Part shown: positions 26,201 to 35,200 of the stretch, in pieces
How positions within the stretch are numbered: the stretch's first letter is position 1
Layout of the letters: every line of letters begins with the position of its first letter
NCBI GenBank assembly: GCA_965207885.1
Contig: OZ242311.1
Coordinates: 96,001-160,000, forward strand
Length of the DNA stretch: 64,000 nucleotides
From: Candidatus Latescibacterota bacterium
GTDB taxonomy: Bacteria > Latescibacterota > UBA2968
Reading direction: 5' to 3'
Program-made: the position numbers and the translations under genes
The notes under the pieces: model-generated
Databases searched by the model: none
Told to the model about the DNA's origin: nothing
What the model saw: only the letters and a program-made list of their open reading frames with translations

Positions 26201-29200
26201 GACAGTGGATAAGTCCCGTTTGACCTTCTCGACAAGCAACTGGAGCACAGCACAGACAGTGACCGTGACAGGTGTGGATAATCAGCTTGATGATGGAGCC
26301 AGTCGCAGTGCGACGATTGAACACGAGGTCAGTGGTGCAGATTATGCAGGTGTAGAGGCTTCAGATGTGGATGTGACTGTGACTGATGATGATACGGCTC
26401 CCGCGTTTTCGATAGGTGATGTGAGTGTCACCGAAGGCAGTGCAGCCACATTCACCGTGACCCGCAATGGTGCGACAGGCACGGCGGTCTCTGTCAAATG
26501 GAACACCGCCAATGATGCCAGTGGCACAGACCCGGCAGAATCGAATGACTACACAGCACAAACAACGAAGCAGACATTGAGCTTTGGTGTGGGTATAACG
26601 AGTCTAACGTTTAGTGTTCAGACAACGAATGATTCTGTGGATGAGGATGATGAGACGTTCCTTGTGGAACTGAGTGAGGCCAGCGCAGGCACATCAATCA
26701 CCGACGATGAGGCCGTAGGGACAATCACGGATGACGATACGAAAGGCGTGACAGTAGCTCCTACAAGTCTGACCGTGACGGAAGCGGCAGGCAGCACACG
26801 CACAGCAACCTATACGGTGGTGCTTACGAGCCAGCCGACGGGCAACGTAACAGTAGAAGTAGCAAGTGATGACACAGACGCAGCGACAGTGGATAAGTCC
26901 CGTTTGACCTTCTCGACAAGCAACTGGAGCACAGCGCAGACGGTTACAGTCACGGGAGTAGATAATCAGCTTGATGATGGCACGAGCCGCAGTGCGACGA
27001 TTGAAAATGAGGTCAGTGGTGCAGATTATGCATCTGTGGAGGCTTCAGATGTGGATGTGACTGTAACCGATGATGATACGGCTCCCGCGTTTTCAATAGG
27101 TGATGTGAGTGTCACCGAAGGCAGTGTAGCCACATTCACCGTAACCCGTTCAGGTGCTCTTGGCAGTGTTGCATCCGTGAAGTGGAACACAGCCGATGAT
27201 GCCAGTGGCACAGACCCAGCAGAAGCCAATGACTACACAGCACAGACGAGCAAGCAGACACTGAACTTTGGTGCGAATGATGCGATTAAGACCTTCACGG
27301 TTGCCACGACGAATGATGCAGTGGATGAAGGTGATGAAACGTTTCTTGTCCAACTGAGCGAGGCCACTGGTGCAACCATCTCCGATGCAGAGGCCGTGGG
27401 AACCATTACGGATAATGATACAAAAGGTGTGACGGTAGCTCCTACGAGTCTGACCGTGACAGAAGCAGCAGGCACCACACGCACGGCGACTTATACAGTG
27501 GTGCTGACCTCACAGCCGACGGGCAGTGTGACAGTAGAAGTCGCCAGCGATGACACAGACGCAGCGACGGTGGATGAGTCCCGTTTGACCTTCTCGACAA
27601 GTACCTGGAGCACAGCACAGACGGTTACAGTAACAGGAGTAGATAATAATGTAGATGATGGAGCCAGTCGTAGTGCGACGATTGAACACACGGTCAGTGG
27701 AGCGGACTATGCATCTGTAGATGCTTCAGATGTGGATGTGACTGTGACCGATGACGATGCAGCACCTTCCTTCTCTATCGCAGATGTAAGTGTCACCGAA
27801 GGTAGTGCAGCCACGTTCACCGTGACCCGGAGTGGTGCGACAGGTACGACGGTCTCTGTCAAATGGAACACTGCCAATGATGCCAGTGGCACAGACCCGG
27901 CAGAAGCCAATGACTATACGGCGGTCTCTACGAAACAGACACTGAGTTTTGGTGTGGGTGTAACGAGTCAGACATTTAATGTTCAGACAACGAATGATGC
28001 AGTGGATGAAGGCGATGAAACCTTCCTTGTCCAACTGAGCGAGGCCAGCGGTGCGACCATCACAGACGCAGAGGCCGTAGGAACCATTACGGATGATGAC
28101 ACAAAAGGTGTGACGGTAGATCCTACAAGTCTGACCGTGACGGAAGCGGCAGGCACCACACGCACGGCAACCTATACGGTGGTGCTGACCTCACAGCCGA
28201 CGGGCAGTGTGACTGTGGCAGTAGAAAGTGATGACACAGATGCAGCAACGGTGGATGAATCAACATTGACCTTCTCGACAAGCACCTGGAGCACAGCACA
28301 GACGGTTACAGTAACAGGTGTGGACAATCAGCTTGATGACGGCACAAGTCGCAGTGCAACGATTGACCACGAGGTCAGTGGAGCGGACTATGCATCTGTG
28401 GAGGCTTCAGATGTGGATGTGACTGTGACCGATGATGATACGGCTCCCGCGTTTTCGATAGGTGATGTGAGTGTCACCGAAGGCAGTGTAGCCACGTTCA
28501 CCGTGACCCGTTCAGGTGCTCTTGGCAGTGTTGCATCCGTGAAGTGGAACACCGCCAATGATGCCAGTGGCACAGACCCGGCAGAGGCCAATGACTACAC
28601 AGCACAGACGAGCAAGCAGACATTGAGCTTTGGTGCGAATGATGCGATTAAGACCTTCACGGTTGCCACGACGAATGATGCAGTGGATGAAGGTGATGAG
28701 ACCTTCCTTGTCCAACTGAGTGAGGCGAGCACAGGCACATCAATCACCGATGCAGAGGCCGTAGGGACAATCACGGATGATGACACAAAAGGTGTGACGG
28801 TAGATCCGACGAGTCTAACCGTGACAGAAGCAGCAGGCACCACGCGCACGGCAACTTATACGGTGGTGCTGACTTCGCAACCTACTGGCAGTGTAACAGT
28901 AGAAGTAGAAAGTGATGACACAGACGCAGCGACGGTGGATGAGTCCCGTTTGACCTTCTCGACAAGCACCTGGAGCACAGCACAGACGGTTACAGTAACA
29001 GGTGTGGACAATCAGCTTGATGACGGCACAAGTCGCAGTGCAACGATTGACCACGAGGTCAGTGGAGCGGACTATGCATCTGTGGAGGCTTCAGATGTGG
29101 ATGTGACTGTGACCGATGATGATACGGCTCCCGCGTTTTCGATAGGTGATGTGAGTGTCACCGAAGGCAGTGTAGCCACGTTCACCGTGACCCGTTCAGG

Positions 29201-32200
29201 TGCTCTTGGCAGTGTTGCATCCGTGAAGTGGAACACCGCCAATGATGCCAGTGGCACAGACCCGGCAGAGGCCAATGACTACACAGCACAGACGAGCAAG
29301 CAGACATTGAGCTTTGGTGCGAATGATGCGATTAAGACCTTCACGGTTGCCACGACGAATGATGCTGTAGATGAAGGTGATGAGACCTTCCTTGTCCAAC
29401 TGAGTGAGGCCACTGGTGCAACCATCTCCGATGCAGAGGCCGTGGGAACCATTACGGATAATGATACAAAAGGAGTGACGGTAGCTCCTACGAGTCTGAC
29501 CGTGACAGAAGCAGCAGGCACCACACGCACGGCGACTTATACAGTGGTGCTGACCTCACAGCCGACGGGCAGTGTGACAGTAGAAGTCGCCAGCGATGAC
29601 ACAGATATAGCGACGGTGGATGAGTCCCGTTTGACCTTTTCGACAAGTACCTGGAGCACGGCGCAGACAGTGACCGTGACAGGTGTAGATAATCAGCTTG
29701 ATGATGGAGCCAGTCGCAGTGCGACGATTGAACACGCGGTCAGTGGAGCGGACTATGCAGGTGTAGATGCTTCAGATGTAGATGTGACTGTAACCGATGA
29801 CGATGCAGAACCTTCCTTTACGATAATTGAACCCATGCCAGTGGTCTCGATATTCCCTACAAGCCAGATAGAATCTGTGGGTACGATTGTGTTCTCAGTG
29901 CAATTGAGTAGAACGAGCCAGCAGATAATAAAAATGTTTTGCATGAGTGTAGATGAGACAGCAGTAGCTGGCGAGGACTACGAGGCAGAGATAGACACGC
30001 TGAAGATCTCTCCAAACACGATGTCTGAAGAGATTGAGATGCGACTGTTTGACGACGATGAAGTGGAGGGGGATGAGACCTTCAAGATGGTGCTGAGCGA
30101 TTTGGCGAATGCCCAGTTTGCAGGGAATGCACAGAAAATTTCTACACAGGCAACGATAATAGATGACGATGAGCCTGATGTGATGGTTTCGTTTTACCAG
30201 TCGCATTATACTATCTCAGAAGGTGGCAAGGCAGTGCAAATACGTGTGGAGATATCTTCTGGCCTTGAAGATCGCGTGGAACTTCCGTTGTCGGTAGTAC
30301 ATCGCAATGGTGCGACAAAAGCGGACTATTCGGGCGTACCTGAAAAAATTGTCTTTGAGACATGGGATGATTTCAAGACATTTGAGGTTATGGCAATTGA
30401 TGATGACGATGACGATGACGATGAGGCCGTGATACTGGACTTTGACACGCCGCTACCAGATGGAATATCTACAGGCGGTTCCACTACCATAGAGATTATC
30501 GACAATGACGACCCCCTTGTGACTGTTTTTTATGGAAAAGAAAACTATGAAATCGTCGAAGGTGGCACCAAAAAGTTACTGAGTGTACATTTGAGTGCAG
30601 CCCCTCTGCGCCGCGTAGAAATACCTCTGTTGGCGGTACCTGCCAATGGTGCGACACAGGCAGACTATTCACCTATACCTGAGCGCATCATTTTTATGCC
30701 TAACCAGATCGAAAGAACGTTTGTGGTCAGTGCGATTGATGATGATGACGACGATGATGGTGAGACCGTGAGTCTGGGCTTTGGTCCACTACCAGATCGG
30801 GTGAATGAGGGCAGTTTATCTACTTTACATATCATCGATAATGACAATCCTGAGGTGACGGTCTCTTATGGGCAAGAAAATTATGAGATCATCGAAGGTG
30901 GCAACGCGGTGCAAGTAACCGTACATCTGAGTGCCGACCCCGAACGACGTGTGGTAATTCCGCTGTGGATGTCGCTTTCGTCCGTCAGTGGTGCGACAGA
31001 ATCAGACTATACAGGCGTGCCTGAACAGATTGTCTTTGAAAGTGGCGAGACGGTCAAAACATTTACAGTCAGAGCAAAAGATGACGATGAAATTGAAGAC
31101 GACGAGCGCGTGAGAATGCGCTTTAGATCACTGCCGGATGGAGTAAATGCTGGCAGTTTATCTACTTTACATATCATCGATAATGACAATCCTGTTGTGA
31201 CTGTTTCGTTTGATCAGTCACATTACACGGCAACAGAGGGTGAGGATGCGGTGACAATCACAGTATCCCTGAGTACAGACCCGAAGCGCCGTGTAGAGAT
31301 TCCACTATTGGTAACACCTGAAAATGGCGCAACACAGGCAGACTATACAGGTGTACCTGAGCAGATTGTCTTTGAAAGTGGCGAGACGGTCAAAACATTT
31401 GCTCTGCTTGCAACGGACGATAATGTAGATGATGACGGTGAGACAATAACCCTCAGATTTGGCACATTGCCGGATGGGGTGAACAACGGTGGATCGACAT
31501 CTGTGGCTCTTGTCGATAACGATGACCCTGTTGTGACTGTTTCGTTTGACCAGTCGCATTACACGGCAACAGAGGGTGAGGATGCGGTGACAATCACAGT
31601 ATCCCTGAGTGCAGACCCGAAGCGCCGTGTAGAGATTCCACTATTGGTAACACCTGAAAATGGCGCAACACAGGCAGACTATACAGGTGTACCTGAGCAG
31701 ATTGTCTTTGAAAGTGGCGAGACGGTCAAAACATTTGCTCTGCTTGCAACGGACGATAATGTAGATGATGACGGTGAGACAATAACCCTCAGATTTGGCA
31801 CATTGCCGGATGGGGTGAACAACGGTGGATCGACATCTGTGGCTCTTGTCGATAACGATGACCCTGTTGTGACTGTTTCGTTTGACCAGTCGCATTACAC
31901 GGCAACAGAGGGTGAGGATGCGGTGACAATCACAGTATCCCTGAGTGCAGACCCGAAGCGCCGTGTAGAGATTCCACTATTGGTAACACCTGAAAATGGC
32001 GCAACACAGGCAGACTATACAGGTGTACCTGAGCAGATTGTCTTTGAAAGTGGCGAGACGGTCAAAACATTTGCTCTGCTTGCAACGGACGATAATGTAG
32101 ATGATGACGGTGAGACAATAACCCTCAGATTTGGCACATTGCCGGATGGGGTGAACAACGGTGGATCGACATCTGTGGCTCTTGTCGATAACGATGACCC

Positions 32201-35200
32201 TGTTGTGACTGTTTCGTTTGACCAGTCGCATTACACGGCAACAGAGGGTGAGGATGCGGTGACAATCACAGTATCCCTGAGTGCAGACCCGAAGCGCCGT
32301 GTAGAGATTCCACTATTGGTAACACCTGAAAATGGCGCAACACAGGCAGACTATACAGGTGTACCTGAGCAGATTGTCTTTGAAAGTGGCGAGACGGTCA
32401 AAACATTTGCTCTGCTTGCAACGGACGATAATGTAGATGATGACGGTGAGACAATAACCCTCAGATTTGGCACATTGCCGGATGGGGTGAACAACGGTGG
32501 ATCGACATCTGTGGCTCTTGTCGATAACGATGACCCTGTTGTGACTGTTTCGTTTGACCAGTCGCATTACACGGCAACAGAGGGTGAGGATGCGGTGACA
32601 ATCACAGTATCCCTGAGTGCAGACCCGAAGCGCCGTGTAGAGATTCCACTATTGGTAACACCTGAAAATGGCGCAACACAGGCAGACTATACAGGTGTAC
32701 CTGAGCAGATTGTCTTTGAAAGTGGCGAGACGGTCAAAACATTTGCTCTGCTTGCAACGGACGATAATGTAGATGATGACGGTGAGACAATAACCCTCAG
32801 ATTTGGCACATTGCCGGATGGGGTGAACAACGGTGGATCGACATCTGTGGCTCTTGTCGATAACGATGACCCTGTTGTGACTGTTTCGTTTGACCAGTCG
32901 CATTACACGGCAACAGAGGGTGAGGATGCGGTGACAATCACAGTATCCCTGAGTACAGACCCGAAGCGCCGTGTAGAGATTCCACTATTGGTAACACCTG
33001 AAAATGGCGCAACACAGGCAGACTATACAGGTGTACCTGAGCAGATTGTCTTTGAAAGTGGCGAGACGGTCAAAACATTTGCTCTGCTTGCAACGGACGA
33101 TAATGTAGATGATGACGGTGAGACAATAACCCTCAGATTTGGCACATTGCCGGATGGGGTGAACAACGGTGGATCGGCATCTGTGGCTCTTGTCGATAAT
33201 GATGAACGCGGTGTGGCCGTGTCTGTAGCAGCGTTGGCGATTGCCGAAGAGAGCACTGGCACTTACACAGTGGTGCTACTTAGCGCGCCGACAGCACCTG
33301 TGACGCTACAAATATCTGGAATGGAAAATACAGATTTGTCAGTTGATATGTCACAGATCACATTCACAGCAGCAAACTGGAATATACCACAGGAAGTGGT
33401 GGTGCGTGCATACGCAGACGATGATGCGATCGTAGATGATGGTGTGACACTGCATCATGCGATAAGCGGTGGAGACTATGACGAAGTGGTCGTAGCCCCT
33501 GTTGCTGTGGCGATCATAGAGAAGGATGTCCCTGTGTTGCGTATTGAGGATCAACGCGTGAGAGAAGATGCAGGAGAGATGGTGTTTACCGCGACGCTCA
33601 ATATGCAAAGTAGCCAAGAAGTGCATGTGTCTTATGCAACTTCAAATCTTACGGCAGATGCGGGCAAAGATTATGAGGCGACGCAGGGCACTTTGAACTT
33701 TGCAGCCCTGCAAACTCATCAGACGTTCAGTGTGCCGATCATTGACGATGATCTGGACGAGGGGGATGAGACATTTACAGTAATTTTAAGCACACCGATG
33801 CATGTGACCATAAGCGAGGGCAAGGCGCGTGTATTTGGCACGATTGAAGAAGACGATACGCTACCTCGGGCAATGGGATTGTTTCTATCGAGTGTTGGGC
33901 GAATAGTGGCGACACAAACGGTAGATAACATCAGTCGGCGGTTTGAGGATCAGCGGTCAGGGATTCGGCCTTCGTTCACGCTGGGTGGACACCCCCTGAT
34001 ACAATATGATAGCACGGAAAAATGGCACGCTGTGGCGGCACTGATACACAATTTTGCAGCAGCACTGGGCGCAGATATATGGATACCATCTCTCACACAG
34101 GGTCAGGGGTCTGCGAAGGCCATAGAGACGATGCCCCTGCTCGGCGAGAGTGGTCAGTTTGATGATATGGAAACTTTATGGGATTCTCCGCTGCGTTTGC
34201 GGCGGGTCACACCGCGAGAAGTATTGTCGCGCAGTGACTTTGAACTGTCGCTAAATCGCTCGGATAACGGCAGCGGTTGGACCCTGTGGGGACAAGGTGC
34301 AGAGAACGAGATTTCAGGTCAGCTGAATACTGCCCGCAGGATAAAGACCAATAGCGTTAGCGGATATCTCGGCATTGATTATCGGTTCCGCGCAAATACG
34401 CTGGTCGGGCTGGCACTCACACACAGTGTGGGCAACTTCTACTACAATAAGGGTGCTAATCCCCCGCTCGTTCTATCCGATTATAGTCTGACGAGTCTGG
34501 TGCCTTATGCCCACTATCAGATGAATCCAAAACTTGGATTTTGGGGGCTGTTGGGCCTGGGGCGAGGCAACGTTGATGTAAAACACGATGAAGAAACCTT
34601 CAACACGCCGCTGACCTTGCTGATGAGCGCAGCCGGTACCCGTCATGATCTGGCTACCTATCGGCATATTGATCTGGCGATCAAAACCGACGCCTTCTTT
34701 GTGACTGTGGCATCTGGGGCACATGCGAGTTTGCCAGAGATGCGGGAGAATGTAGAACGCTTGCGCGTGCTGTTAGAAGGGCGCAAGAGGCATGAGGTTG
34801 GTTCATCGTCTCAGCTTATCCAGAGTGTGGAGTTTGGAGGTCGTTGGGATCAAGGGCGCGTGGTATCCGGCGCAGGCGTGGACATTGGTGGCAGCGTGAA
34901 GTATACACACACACGCGGCTTGAACCTGGAAGCACGCGGGCGATATTTGTTGGTGCATGAGCAGGCCCGCTATAAAGAATGGGGTGCGAGTCTGTCACTG
35001 CGGACCGATCCAGGCTGGGGCAAGCGCGGCCTGCTGTTGTCAGTAGCTCCTGTGTGGGGGGTGTCATCGCAAAGTGCCGGGGCCATGTGGAATAACACAT
35101 CGAATTTGGGTGGTGGAACTGCATACAGGTCATCACAGGCACCGGGGATCAGACCGGACCGCACAGAAGTAAATTTGGGATATCGTTTTGTGAGACGCAC

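Noticed and set aside
15820-33206. Regular repeats as a CRISPR array, or the periodic antisense ORFs (MASAGS.., MRVLPAAS.., MRLVKRNS..) as genes
   Set aside because: Units are 336-684 bp, in frame inside one CDS, with no spacers or cas genes; the antisense ORFs are shadows of the repeated codons
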